Below are positions 25,018 through 43,479 of a stretch of 64,000 bases of DNA, piece after piece; the first letter of the stretch is position 1, and each line of letters opens with the position of its first letter. The notes beneath the pieces were generated by a model. That model saw nothing but the letters and a program-made list of their open reading frames with translations, was not told the origin of the DNA and did not search any database. The position numbers and the translations under genes are program-made. This DNA comes from the human T2T-CHM13v2.0 reference genome, Homo sapiens. Location of the stretch: assembly GCF_009914755.1 (NCBI RefSeq), contig NC_060932.1. One strand, written 5' to 3'.

Positions 25018-25656
25018 GATTCTTAAATCTGATTGGCACAGTCTAGGCTATGTGTCTAAGCTCCAAATAGGAAAACTGGAAAAATGAGTGTATGTTTTCA
25101 GTTTCTCTACTGGGGAAATGGGCTCTGCTGTCACTAAGACTCATGAGAACACAAGAAGTATGTTCTAATGCTGGTAGCTCACCCAACCACCAGACAAATA
25201 CTATTGACTACAAGAGTTTTTATACAGTGGTTTCCAAATGTGTTAGATAGCAGGGCCTCTATTTTCTATGTTTTATTGGCATATCTCCAGAACCTCATCT
25301 GGAAAGGCTGCATTAGAAATAATAATGATAAAGAGCATAGCACAGTGCCCAGTACATAGTACACACTCAAAAAATGGTAGTCTCTTTGTGGTTGCTATTG
25401 CTAAGCTACACTAAGCCCTCAACCAACAAGTTTGATTATTGCAGAAAACTACTGTCCTATTAGACTTCTTGTGAAAGGGAAAAAAATACTCTGGTGCAAA
25501 CTATGGGAAGATTGAGGCAGTGGAACCTCAGTAGATGATCAGGAAGTAGATGAGGAGCTAGGCATGAGGAGAGAGAAAGAGTAGCCTGGCAGTGAAGTCC
25601 AGTCCTCTGAGATTCTGTGAAGGAAGGATTCACAGGGCTTGGTAACTGAGTTTTTC

Positions 25657-27779
<2,123 letters not shown>

Positions 27780-27918
27780 CTAGAGACTATTCAAAAAGTA
27801 GTGGTACCAAATGGAGACTTAGGAAAAGGAGCTGTTTGGGGGCAAATTTTTGGTTTATTTTTAGATTTCCTTTAGGAAATTTGAAATTGGGGCTAGAATC
27901 AGTTGAAGTGTTGGGCTT

Positions 27919-28192
27919 GACCAGGTACAGTGGCTCACTTACCCATAATCCCAATATTTTGGGAGGCCAAGGGAAGAGGATCACTTGAGATCAGGAGTTC
28001 AAGACCAGCCTTGGCAACATAGCAAAGCCCCATCTCTAAAAAGTATTTTTTAAGAAATTAACCAGGTATGGTGGCACATCCTGATGTCTTAGCTACTTGG
28101 GAGGCTAAGACAGGAGGATTGCTTGAAGCAGGAGTTTGAGTTTGCAGTGAGCTATGATCGTACCACTGTACTCTCTATCTCAAAAAAAAAAA
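27919..28192 (+). mobile_element. AluJ with a 3' internal deletion
   Basis: ggcaacatagcaaagcccc and ggaggattgcttga...gagctatgatcg are J diagnostics; ccagcctgggcgacagagcgagac is missing before the tail. Confidence 0.92.
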
Positions 28193-28268
28193 TGTTGAGT
28201 TTGCACATGTGGCTTCAGGTGTCACTAGAATATTGGCTTGCTTACATTTTAAGAGTGTGTGAATTGGG

Positions 28269-28620
<352 letters not shown>

Positions 28621-28685
28621 TCAGAATTTTGAGATCATTTGATTCACTTCACTCTATCTATAGATAAGGAAATGAGATCAAGACG

Positions 28686-28731
28686 TTTTAAGTGGAAAGG
28701 AAAAACAATTTTAAGTGGAAAGGAAAAACAA
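28686..28731. repeat. Perfect 23-bp tandem duplication
   Basis: TTTTAAGTGGAAAGGAAAAACAA x2. Confidence 0.95.
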
Positions 28732-28756
28732 TCAGTGAAAGAGACTGAAAACAAAC

Positions 28757-29182
28757 ATACTGGGTTGTTCTTGCATTGCTATAAATAAATACCCAAGGCT
28801 GAGTAATTTATAAGAAAAGAGGTTTAATTGGCTCATGGTTCTGCAGGCTGTACAGGAAGCACAGTGCCAACATCTGGTTGGCTTCTGGGGAGGCCTCAGG
28901 GAGCTTTTATTCAAGGGGGAAAGGAAAGGGGGAGAAGGCACATCACATGGCAAAAGCAGGAGCAAGAGAGAGAGAGAGTGGAGGAGGAGGTGCCACATAC
29001 TTTTAAATGACCAGATCTCACAAGAACTCACTATCATGAGGACACCATCAAGAGGATGGTGCTAAACCATTCATGAGAAATCCCCCATGATCCAATTACC
29101 TCCTACCTGGCCCCACCTCCAACATTGGGGATCACAGTTTGAGGCATGAGATTTGTTGGGGACACAGATCCAAATTCTATCA
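28757..29182 (-). mobile_element. MSTA-like MaLR solo LTR
   Basis: gttcttgcattgctataaa.aaatacc...aagaaaagaggtttaattggctca.ggttctgcaggctgtacaggaagca...ggggacacagatccaaattctatca. Confidence 0.92.
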
Positions 29183-29319
29183 ACAAGCAATCAGAGGTAT
29201 ACCAAAACAGTCGCAGAGGTCCAATATTACAGAAGCAAGGGATAAGAGATGCAGGTGCCTCAAAGAAGAAATTGAAAAAACTAAGAGTCTGAGTCTACTC
29301 CCAGAGGTTCTAGGTGGTA

Positions 29320-29505
29320 CTAGACATGTTTTATATGTTAGCCTATTTAATTCTCACAGCATCCCTGCAATGTAAAATGTTACTGACATCTTATGGTTGG
29401 TGAAACTGAGGCTAGGAGAGATTCATTTCCCTGCCAAAGATCACACAGCTTTTCAGTGGTAGAGCTGGGATTTGACCTCATTTACCTGACTCCCAAACCC
29501 TCTTC
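29320..29505 (-). mobile_element. MIR SINE
   Basis: atttaattctcacagcatccctg...gaaactgaggct...aagatcacacagct...gtggtagagctgggatttga. Confidence 0.85.
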
Positions 29506-30475
29506 GACTATAGGAAATTTTTAGAGTGGGAGAGACATCTGGAGGGACAAGAATCATTTTAAGAGACAATTTTTGAACTCCTTAAAATTAACCCCATAGG
29601 AAGATCCTTTTGTGGTTTTTATCCCCAACTCAGCCCAGAACATTTTATCACTGACTGAAAATTCTGAAGGTGCAAACTCTAAATACAGGTGAGCAAATTC
29701 CAGGTACATAGTGGAGTCACAGAGGCCTGCTTGGTCCAGTTTGAGAGAAAGGTTGTATTGCTACTATAGCCTCTTGGTCTAATTCCCTGAAAACTTCATT
29801 TTCTAGCTCAGGCCTTTTCTGATTAGTCTAGTTTCTCTTTTTAGACCTTCAGTCATACCTGGAGCATTCCATCTTCTACCCCCTAAATGTTGAGAGTCAC
29901 ATCTCATCTGCCTGAAGTCCCAGGTCTACTCAGGTCCCTTTAATTATAAAGTCCTTTTGAGCTAACTTTTGTCTTGATTCTTATCTTCTATTTTCCAAAC
30001 TACTTTTTGGTTCATTTCCCTGCTTAGAGCTATTCCTAATAGTAGCTTGTCTGAGTTACCTATTTAACATTTACATGTGTAAGAATCCAATTGACATCTC
30101 AACATACACAGCACTGTAAAAAGGCATGTATGCAATTTGGGCATAAATAAGGCCATGGTTATTTTTCAAGAGTAATTCCTGATAGAAAGATATGGCACAT
30201 TTGAGGAAGTCATAGGTTTAGAAGTGAGATTTCAGAGCAGCAGTGAAGTAGATAGTATAGGAACACCAGAGATCCAGGTACAAACTCTTGGTTTGAAAAG
30301 CTTGGTTGAGGAGAAAGAGTGGGTTGGTAGTTGTCAGGGTTTTTAAGAACTTTTAGTTGCTGCAGTTGTTTACTTTTAAGTAGAGGCTGCTAAGAATAAT
30401 GGATTGAGAGACAAGAGAGCATAGTGATTAAGAACTGGACCTCAGTGTACAGAAGTGGGTGTTTGGGACATGCTT

Positions 30476-30519
30476 CTTTTTTTCTTTTTTTACTTCAAGT
30501 CCTGGGATACATGTACAGA
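30476..30519 (-). mobile_element. Ultra-short L1PA7/8-like 3' stub
   Basis: Poly-T then tacttcaagtcctgggatacatgtacaga, against recalled consensus tactttaagttctgggatacatgtgcaga; degenerate TSD gggacatgcttctt / ggggaacgattctt, followed by AA. Confidence 0.6.
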
Positions 30520-30541
30520 TGGGGAACGATTCTTAACCAAC

Positions 30542-30685
30542 CAAGTCCTTGCTACTCAAAGTGTGGTCTACAGACTAACATTCATTTGTAGCACCCGGAG
30601 CCTGTTAGAAATGCAGAATCCTGGTCTTTGCCTCAGGTCTGTGTATTTTGAAAAGATGCCTGGAGGATTCATGTGTGTATTATCA
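30542..30685. mobile_element. MER5A-like hAT-Charlie
   Basis: ccttgctactcaaagtgtggtc...agcctgttagaaatgcagaatc...tgtattttgaaaagatgcctgga. Confidence 0.8.
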
Positions 30686-30719
30686 TTCTAGTTCCCTCAT
30701 CTTTAAAACAGGGACAATG

Positions 30720-31047
<328 letters not shown>

Positions 31048-31621
31048 CTATGTTGTAGAGCAGTTGTGAGAATGCAATGGCATGATGCATGTCAGGCACA
31101 TACTAGGTGCTCAATACATATTTGATTGTTGTTATTGCTATGATTGAAGATGCTGCAGAAAGAAAGCATAAGTTTGATAAAATAATTCCTTAGCAGGAAA
31201 GTAGGGATAAGTTTTGGATGTAGCCAGAAGAGCTAGCTTTAGGGAGAAGCAGAGCTGCTTTGCCACAGGGCCATCCGGGGCAGATGATCTCTCTCTAACA
31301 ATTCTCCCGTCTTGGAGAGGGGTAATCTCTGAGCCCCAGCTCCCATCCCTCAGAATCTTTAGTTTTTCCAATTCTCTTCAAAAAGTATTAAAATTCTGAA
31401 AATTATGAAGACTATCTTTGAACACTCCTATAGAAAGTAGCTGTATTCACTAAAGACATTTAAGTGAATCCAGCAGTCGGGCCTTAGGATTAAATGTGGG
31501 TAGAGGTGCTGGTTTTTGACCTGGTATCCAATATTTGTTTGAATTTTACTTAAATTGGTGGCAACTTTTGAATGCATGGTTTTGTGAAGGAATAGACAGT
31601 AAAGATAATGTTATTTCTGTT

Positions 31622-31635
31622 GTTTCCATGACAAC
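31622..31635. promoter_or_regulatory. Candidate RFX X-box
   Basis: GTTTCCATGACAAC against palindromic consensus GTTGCCATGGCAAC (12/14), in non-repeat DNA. Confidence 0.4.
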
Positions 31636-33232
31636 GGACATGCTTCATGGAATATATCCATCATGCATAGTCTTGAACCATCTGGTTTCTAAGTCCTTGG
31701 TGAAAACCCTCTAGGAATGAAGTGTAGGTAAACTTTAATCAGTTTTATAATTACTGTAGTCTTTGCAAAAATTATTTAACTTGATTTTGCAGCTGCTTCA
31801 ACATAAGGCCCAGAGGTCTTATTAGGGTTTTTATTGCCACTTTTAAGGAGCAGTTTAAGAGTCATGATTGTGCTGTAGCTGCAGATGCCACTGTTTCTGT
31901 CTTTGGTTCTGAGACTAGGTTGTAGTGACATCACACAAAGATGGAGAAAGGGCAAAGTTATTTTTTCCAACTGGCTCTGTCAAATATAAAAATTAACCAT
32001 ACTTTGAGCTGGGTTTTATGTATTGGTAATGTATGTTTATGTTAGAGTTTCTGTCAAAACAGGGATTAAAGATAAATGTAGCTAATTAAAAGAACATTTG
32101 CTTAGAGCTCCTGGTAATAGATACCTCTTTGTGAGGTCCTGAGGTATGGCTTTCTTTAAGAACCGATGCAATTTGTGTGACTGAAGAAGAGAGGAGACTC
32201 GATTTTCTGAAAATAAAACACGAGTCTGAGAATTATCCAGAGTGAGCTCTAAGGAAATAAACGAAGTAATGGCTAGGTAAAGTTTGCTTATGTGGTGAGT
32301 TATATAAAACGTGTGTCTACCCTACTTCTGACCTTTCACACTACTAAATGATATTTCCCAACAAAGCCTTTGAAGTAAAGCAGTACCTTTTAGCTGGTAC
32401 TAGATCAATCAACTTATTTCAAACTGAACTCTAGATGATTAAAAATAAAACAAAAACTTTCAGAATCAAATTAGGCAATTGTTGTCTTTTTTTCCTTAAT
32501 TCTACCAGGCAGTTGAACTTTTTCTGCTAATGACTGCATTCCTGGCATCTGTGTTTTCTTGTTTCCCTGCAGTGAGGGGGAAAAATGTGGGGACCAAAGA
32601 ATAGTTTTTCTTGCCTCCCATCGACCACCAAAGTCAACAGGATTAAGTTCCAAAAGACAATTCCTATGAACTAGAAGGCATCTTATAAAAGTGATAGCCT
32701 AATTTACCTCTCATAAACTCATTGGTCTTATAAGCTACATGTTTCCATGGTGCTTTGCAAAGGAACAATTGTAACTACCAATGAAGAAGTTTAAATGTTA
32801 GATATAGGATGTGGTAAAACTTCCAAATAAACCACAATGGTTACCAAATATTTTGATATTTGAAACTATTTTATATTTGAGAGGGTGAGGGACTATCAAA
32901 ATGATCTAATTGTTGGAGTGATTCTGGAACTTATTTCTAACCTCTAATCGACATAACTTAAGAAGTGCCATTTCTAGAATTTAAATATTTATTAGCTTTA
33001 AACCCCTTGCCAGGGACCACCCCTGCTCCCCCAAACATACATATACCACAAAGAGCTACATAAAATAAAGAGCTATATAAAACTAGTGACTATATAAAGA
33101 GCTACACTCATTTTAATAAAATGTTCTTTGAAGATTAAGAGTTGCCAAGTTTCTGGATATAAAATTTAAGTTTTTGCCACTAGATTACTGAAAAGGGTTT
33201 ATGTTAGAAACTTAATTGTGAATATAGTAATT

Positions 33233-33250
33233 CTACCACCAGAGGGCTCC
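33233..33250 (+). promoter_or_regulatory. Candidate CTCF site
   Basis: CTACCACCAGAGGGCTCC matches the core CCAC/GC/TAGA/GG/TGGC, and stands out in AT-rich unique DNA. Confidence 0.55.
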
Positions 33251-33491
33251 GTTTTTTTTCTTGAATGTAGCCAGAGAGAAAGAAGAGATGAGTCTTGGTA
33301 CTACATTTTTTTTTCTCATTCCACCTGTCCAAGCCATAGACCATAGCTTAAAGGCAAAAATGTAGGTTTCCATTTTTCTGGTTTTAAAAATATATAGAAA
33401 AATATTTGCTTTTCGGTCTCTAGGGCAGTTTTATTTCCCCTATGGAGGTAAAGGGAAAAAAAAATCAAAGCATCTTACAAGCTTCTATCAT

Positions 33492-33503
33492 TGTGTGTGT
33501 GTG

Positions 33504-33535
<32 letters not shown>
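33492..33535. repeat. (TG)n microsatellite
   Basis: About 22 TG units with one CG interruption. Confidence 0.97.
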
Positions 33536-33834
33536 ATGTTGAGATTCTTATTTCCTTGACAAATCTTGAGATCTCCTTAGAATCAGGAAAAGTGAAGAGG
33601 TTGAAGATAGTGCTTTTGGGTAATTTCTAATTTGCTATTAGTAATTTCAGTAAACTGTATAGATTGGCAGCTGACTTCAAGGAAAGCTGTGGAAGACTCC
33701 AGTTCTTACCAGGAGTACTCTGTTTCTATTCATTCATCAATTTATGCTCACATTTTTGGAAAAAAATGATTTAAAGCAATTACTCCATTGAATTTTTTTT
33801 TCCAGTTAACCTGTGTAATCCCCTATAACCTTCA

Positions 33835-33965
33835 CAGTGAAAAGTCCATTGATTAGGAATTCTTATTTCTGATTCTGGCACTCACTTAACTAGCTCCGTG
33901 ATCTTGAGCAAATTACTTTATCTCCCTGGTCTTCAGCTTCTTGTGTCTATATAAAAAGGAAAATA
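33835..33965 (+). mobile_element. MIR fragment
   Basis: cacttaactagctccgtgatcttgagcaaattacttta.ctccctggtcttcag. Confidence 0.7.
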
Positions 33966-35639
33966 TAAGTGTAAAACTTCCAAAGCCTTTTTATATTTAG
34001 ATTTCAATTTTTCTGAATCACTTTTAAAAGAAGCTTTATTGAAGCAAAATTTATGTAACATAAATTTACCTTGTACAGGTATACAATTTAATAATCTTCA
34101 GAAAAGACATAGAATCCTATGGTGGTTACCGTAATCCAGTTTTAGAACATTTTTATCAACCCAAAAGTTGCCTCATGCCTGTTTGTATTCAGTCTCTTCC
34201 ATCCCAATCCTGAGGCAAACAGTAATCTAATTTCTGTTTCTTTTTGTTTTTTCAGGAAATTACATATTAATAGAATCATGCAGTGTGTAGTTGTGTTGTG
34301 CTTGATTCTTTCACTTAGCATAATTTTTTGAGATTCATCTATAAGTGGCATGTATCAGTTGTTTGTTTCTTTTTTTGCTGAGTAGTATTCCATTATATGG
34401 CTATGTTACATTGTGTTTTAAAATATTTGTTTCCAGTTTGGAGCTATTATGAATAATGCTGCTATGAACATTCATGTATAAGGCTTGGTGTGAACACATT
34501 TTTATTTTGGGGGGTAGATACCTAAAAATGGAATTGCTTGGCCATGTGGGAATTACATATATCATTTTAAAGAAACTGTTAACATTTTCCAGTGTGGATG
34601 TATATTTTTACTTTTTCATCATCAATGTATGAAGATTCTAGTTTCTCCACATCCTCACCTATTTGTGGTATTGTTAGTTTTATTTTTATTATAGCCATCC
34701 TGGTGATTATGTAGTGGTATCTCATTGTGGTTTTAATTTGCATTTCACTAATGACTAATGATGTTGAGCATTTTTTCTGCATATAATGGCTACTTATATA
34801 TTGTCTTTGGTAAAATATCTATCAAACATTTTGTCCATTGTGTTATCTGTTTTCTTATCATTAAGTTGTAAGAATTATTTATATATTCTGTATACAAGTC
34901 TTTTTCAGAGGTATACTTTGTAAATATTTTCTCCTAGTCTGTGGCTTTTCTTTCCATTTTCTTAATGGTTTGAAGAGCAAATGTTTTCAGTTTTGATGAA
35001 ATCTACAGTATCAACCTTTTCTTTTAAGAATCATATTTTTGTTGTTTTACTGTTCAACAATAGAAAGGAAAAAATTATTGATGCTTGCTACAAAGAAAGC
35101 TTTAGCTAATTCATTTTGAATTAATGTTTTATGTGTGATCTGAAGTACTGGTCTAATTTTATTTTTTCTGTGTTTGTATATCTAATTGTCTCTGCACAAT
35201 TTATTGAAAATACTATCCTTTCTTGAATTTTCTTGGAAAATTTGTCAATAAATCAATGGAACAAAAATGTAAGAGTGTATCTGCTGACTTTCTTTTTTGT
35301 TCCATTGATCTATATGTCTGTCCTCACACCAGTACCATATTGTCTTGATTATTATTCTAGCTTTCTAGTTAGTTTTGAAATAAGGTAGCATTGTTTTTAC
35401 TTTTATTCAATTTCAGAATATTTTCTAAGTATCCTTGTGATTTCTTCTTTAATCTATGGGTTATTAAGAAGAATATTATTTAATTTCGAAGATTTGGGGG
35501 ATTTTCAAATTTCTTTTTGTAGATTATTTATGAGTTAGTTTAATTGTGGTAGGAAAACATATTTTGAATGATTTCAACCATTTTAAATTCATTAAGGCAT
35601 GTCTTATGTCCTAGCATATGTTCTATACTGAAAAGAACA

Positions 35640-36062
35640 TATATATATGTATATACGCGTGTGTGTATATATGTATATATACACGTATATATGTATATAC
35701 GTGTATATATGTATACACGTATATATGTATATACGTGTATATATATGTATATATGTGTATATATGTATATATGTGTATATATGTATATATACGTATATAT
35801 GTATATATGTGTGTATATATGTATATATACGTATATATGTATATATGTGTATATATGTATATATGCGTATATATGTGTATATATGTATATATGCGTATAT
35901 ATGTATATATGTGTATATATACATATATGTATATATGTATGTATGTGTATATATACATATATGTATATATGTATATATGTATATATGTATATATATACAC
36001 ATATACGTATATATATGTGTATATACGTTTATATACATATATATGTATATATGTATATATAT
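35640..36062. repeat. (TATATATG/TATATGTG/TATACG)n alternating purine-pyrimidine tract
   Basis: About 420 bp of nearly uninterrupted RY alternation. Confidence 0.97.
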
Positions 36063-37865
36063 GCTCCTGCTACTGGATGGAGTGTTCTGTAAATGTCAGA
36101 TTAAGTTGATTGGTAGTATTCTTGAAGTCCTCTGTGCCCTTAATAATTTTCTTTCTAGTTATTTATTTTAGTTATTCAGAATGCAATATTGAAATCTCCA
36201 ACTACAATTTTGAATTGCTTATTTCTACTTTCAATTACCAATTATTACTTCATGTATTATACATGAATATATATTTATATTCCATCATGACATATTGACC
36301 ATTTGATCATTTTGAAATGTCTCTCTTTGTCTTTAGCAATATTTTTTGTACTAGGGTATATTTTGACTAATATTAATATCATCCCTCCAGCTTTCTTGTA
36401 GTTATTTTTTCATGTTATACCTTTTACATCCTTTTATTAACAATCTATTTGACAGTTTCTTTAAAGTCATCTAAGTGTGTTTCTTTTGGGTAACATATAG
36501 TTACTCTTGTATTTTCATCCAGCCTGATGATTTGTGCCTTTTGATTAGAATATTTAGTCCTTTCATATTAAATATAATTATTGATATGGTGAGATTTATA
36601 TCTGCCACTTTGTTGTCTATATGTCTCATTCAATTTTTCCCTCTTTTCCTCCTTTACTTCCTCTTTTGTATTAAACAAGTATCTTTAGTATATTATTTTA
36701 ATTTTTCTATTGGTTTTTAATTTTTTTGAGTTATTTTCTTAGTGGTTGCTCCAGGGATTGCAGTACTCAACTTATCACAATCTATTTCAGGTTAATACTG
36801 GATTACTTTGGTAAAAGACAGCAATTTTGCTCTAATATTGCTCTCCAAGATCACCCACCTTTGTGCTACTATTGTATATAATTATTAATGTTATAAATCT
36901 AACAATATTGTAATATAGTTATTGCTTTATACAATTTCATGTTTCTAAAAAAATTAAAGAGAAGAACATAAAAATATTTAGACAGACTTTTATACTTACC
37001 ACATGTTTATCATTTTTGGTGCTTTTCATTTTTTTCCTGTGCTTTAGCATTATCTAGCGTCATTTCCTTTCAGTTAGAAAGACTTTAATTAGTATTCCTT
37101 AGCATGAGCCTCTTAAAAACAGTCTCTCAGTTTGTTTATATCAGAATGTCTTTATTCCATCTTCATTTTAGAAGAATAGTTTTAGTGTATACAGAATTTT
37201 AGCTTGAAATTTCTTTTTATTTCTTTGGATATGTCATTCTACTATTTTCTGACCTCCATGATTTTTGATTATAAGTCATCTACTAATCATATTCTTTCCC
37301 TGCAGGATATGAATTTTTCTCTTGATGCTTTCAAGACTTTCTTCCTTTTTTAGTGGTTTGACTATGACAAGTCTAAAAGTGGATCTCTTTGAGTCTACCT
37401 ATGTTATGTTCATTGAACTTGTTTTTCATCAAGTTTGAGAGTGTTTTGCTCTTATTTCTTCAAGTACTTTTTCTGTCTCTTTCTCTCTGTACTGCAGAAC
37501 TCCCTTTACACATATATTGATATGTTTGATGCTGTCCCACCGGTCTCTGAGGCTCTTTTCATTTTTCTTCTATCTCTTTCCTTTCTGGTCTTCAGATTGG
37601 ATCAGTAGAAATTCTTTCTTCTGCTAACTCATATCTGCTGTTGAGCCCATCCAGTGATTTTTAATTGGTTATTGTACCTTTTAATCATAGACTTTCCATT
37701 TGGTTCTTTTTGTAGTTTCTATTTCTCTACTGTACTTCCCTATTAATGGAGTCATTGTCATCATATTTTCCTTTCATTCTTTGAAGACGTTTTTCCTTTA
37801 ATTCTTTGAACATATTTTTAATAGGTGCTTTGAAGTCTTTGTCTGTTACCTGCAACATCTAAGTC

Positions 37866-38271
37866 TGTGTTAGTTTGTTGTACATTGCCATAAAGAAGTA
37901 TCTGAGAGTGGGTAATTTATAAAGAAAAGAAGTTTTATTTTGTCTCATGTTTCTGCAGGCTATACACTAAGCATAGTATCAGCATCTGCTTCTGGTGAGG
38001 ACTTCAGGAAGATTACAATCATAGTGGAAGGTGAAAGTGGAGTAGGCATCACATGCAAGAGAGAGAAGGGGGAGGTCCCAGGCTCTTCTAAGCAACCAGA
38101 TTTCATATGAACTAACTGAATGAGAACTCACTCATAACTAACGCCTTGGTACTGAGCCATTCGTGAGGGATCAGTCACCATGATCTAATACGTCCCATTA
38201 GGCCCCATCTCCAACATTAGAGGCAACGTTTCAATGTGAGATTTGCAGGGGCAAACATCCAAACAATGTCA
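37866..38271 (-). mobile_element. MSTB-like MaLR solo LTR
   Basis: tgtgttagtttgtt...ataaagaagtatctgaga.tgggtaatttataaagaaaaga...catctgcttctggtgagg...ggggcaaacatccaaacaatgtca. Confidence 0.9.
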
Positions 38272-39483
38272 GGATCCCATCAGAGTCGGTTTCTATTCAC
38301 TGCTATTTTTTTCTTCCCTTGCATGGTCATGTTTTCTTGGTTCTTTGCAATCTCATGATTTTTTGTTGAAAATTGAGCATTTTATATAATGTATTATAGT
38401 AACTCTGGATTCTGAGTTTCTTTTCCTAAGATTTGTTGTTACAATTTTTAGTAACATGCCTGGGCTTAATCTGCAGGACCTGTCTCCTTCACAATGTACA
38501 GCCACAGATATTTTTGTTAATTTTTTTTTTTTAGAAAATCATATTTATATTTTTTATCCTGGATTTCAAGAAGTTGCCCCTGTGTCTGTGTAGCTTCTTC
38601 GTCAGCCAGTCATCAGGCAGAGGCTATGCTTCAACCCCTCAGCTCTTAAGACTTCCACTCTCTGCCACGTAATTTGTATTTGTGTTAAGGTGCACATTTA
38701 AAGTCCTGAAAATTTTCAGTCCTGCCTCAGTTTTTACTTTCTGCTGACTCCCCTTGGATCTTCCCAATGCCTGCCTATAGTTTCCCAATCAACCAGAGAT
38801 ATGTATGAACTTGTTTAGCCATTCTATAGCTCTCTCATATCCAGGTTCTTCTATTAAGTTCCTGGCTGAAGTCACACTCTCAGGCTGGTAGAGCTGCCTA
38901 CAACTCTTACTTTTACTGACAATACACTGCTAGGCATTAATTTCCACTCTCCACTCTGAAATAGCCTCTGCTGGCAGGAAGTTGGTGGTTTCCTCAGACT
39001 CACCCTGGTAAGAGAAAGCAGCCACACTCAAGCAATCTGAAGCTTCCCAGTGTTATTATTCAAAATTATAGTAGTTTGTCATGAATTAGTGCTTCTTAAG
39101 ATAATGTTTGTTTTTGGTCAATATCCAAAGCACTGAAATGCATATTTTTGAAAAATTTGTCACTTTAAACTTATTTTTGGGGGGCAGAGGATTTCCCAGC
39201 CTCTTCACGTTGCTGTAACTGGAAGTCCCATCCTGAATAATTTTTAAATTCAAAGTTGTTGATATTTATATTTTTCTACGCAATATGATTCTCTGTACCA
39301 TTGGGAGTATTAATAACATGTTATTTATTAAAAGAATGCTCTAGTATGATCTCTAGTGTTTTCTTCTGGTTACTGATGCTTGCTCTGCAAGTTATGATTA
39401 TGAAAATGTTTTGATCTGCTCATAGGGTATCGACAAAAGGTGATCAGAAAATAAACCATGCTCATATTCCTCAAATAGTTCCT

Positions 39484-42118
<2,635 letters not shown>

Positions 42119-42716
42119 TCAAATAGTTCCTAAACGGTTTGTTAACTAAACTGCTGAGGAGTTGTCATTGTTACAATAAATTCCATCAGGGTTAACAACT
42201 AAAGTTGTTCATGTACCTACATGGCTGATTTCATTACAACCATCAACTAGGTAACAGTAATTGTGAGAGTAATCCCAAATATGAAGATATTAAAATGTGA
42301 AGAAATTAACCTCTTAGAATTGATAAAATATGTTAATATCATAATCCAGTATACTTTAGAGAAGAATCTGGGATTAGATAATTTTTACTGTAGTTTATAC
42401 AAGAAGCTCAGAGTCTGAAGTAAACAAGAGGTCTCCATCTATAAAGGGGTTATATACATGGCATCATCTTTGAGAATGAATTCAGGAAATAAAGTCATAG
42501 AGAAAATCTGGTTTACTTCTGTATTCATTTTTATTGAGATTACTATTTTGTTAAAAAGAAAAAATATTTTATTAGAATTTGAGTGGAGAAAAAGGCAAAG
42601 ACATTCTATCATTAACTGACTCAAAATCTTGCTTACAGATTGGAAGTTGACTTTAAACTGGAATGAATCTACTTTTGCCTTTGACTATTAATACTTTAAA
42701 AAATTACCTGAATTTC

Positions 42717-43015
42717 AGCCGGATACAGTGGCTCACGCCTGTAATCCCAGCACTTTGGGAGGCCGAAGTGGGTGGATCACCTGAGGTCAGGAGTTCAAGA
42801 CCAGCCTAACCAACATGGAGAAACCCCATCTCTACTAAATATATAAAACATTAGTCGGGCGTGGTGGCACATGCCTGTAATCCTACCTATTCAGGAGGCC
42901 GAAGCAGGAGAATCTCTTGAACCCAGAGGCGGAGGTTGCAGTGAGCCGAGATTGTGCCATTGCACTCCAGCCTGGGCAACAAGAGCAAAACTCTGTCTCA
43001 AAAAAAAAAAAAAAA
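42717..43015 (+). mobile_element. AluSp
   Basis: accaacatggagaaacccc and gggcaacaagagcaaaactc; TSD AAAAATTAC(C/T)TGA..TTC. Confidence 0.95.
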
Positions 43016-43443
43016 TTACTTGACATTCAAAAAACTTGAGTAGGGTTTATCTTTATATTTCTCTCTGTTTTGTACTTTGTAAGCAAAAACCTATGAAAAC
43101 TAGATGATAATAGAGGAAACACCAGGAGATATGAGCATATTTATCCTTTTGCTTCTGCATTGACAGGCCTTTGTGCCTTTTGTGAATGCCTGTCTTACAT
43201 ATCTGTTATAACGTGGATAAGATAAGTGGGGAAGACACGGTGCCCAGGAGTTCTGACTTTTGGCTACACTGATAATCACCATCAAACAATAAATGTACAG
43301 GGTTGGAAGGAATTATAGAGATTATTTAGACTTGGTGACACAAACACAAAGGCCTACAGAGACCAGAGAGGTAATGCAAATGATTGATGTAGGCCAATTT
43401 TATGATGTCATTCATTTTTCTTGAAATAAAAGGTCCTCTTAGA

Positions 43444-43479
<36 letters not shown>

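Larger units (their letters stand above)
34030..39200 (-). mobile_element. Old L1M (MC/MD-like): 3' UTR and ORF2 end, large internal gap at about 35400, then EN, ORF1 and 5' regions; interrupted by a microsatellite and an MSTB LTR
   Basis: agctttattgaagcaaaattt...; ORF track [12 protein letters not shown]; after about 35400 the sequence matches the EN region (ccttgtgatttcttcttt, ggatggagtgttctgtaaatgtc, ttgaaatctccaact), followed by upstream L1M-like sequence. Confidence 0.75.

Noticed and set aside
33050-33106. Three AAAGAGCTA repeats with short spacers (array-like)
   Set aside because: Irregular degenerate local duplication in a eukaryotic genome; not a CRISPR-like array.
35568-36171. Tyr/Ile/Val/Cys-rich ORFs on both strands
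   Set aside because: Translation of the (TA/TG)n microsatellite.
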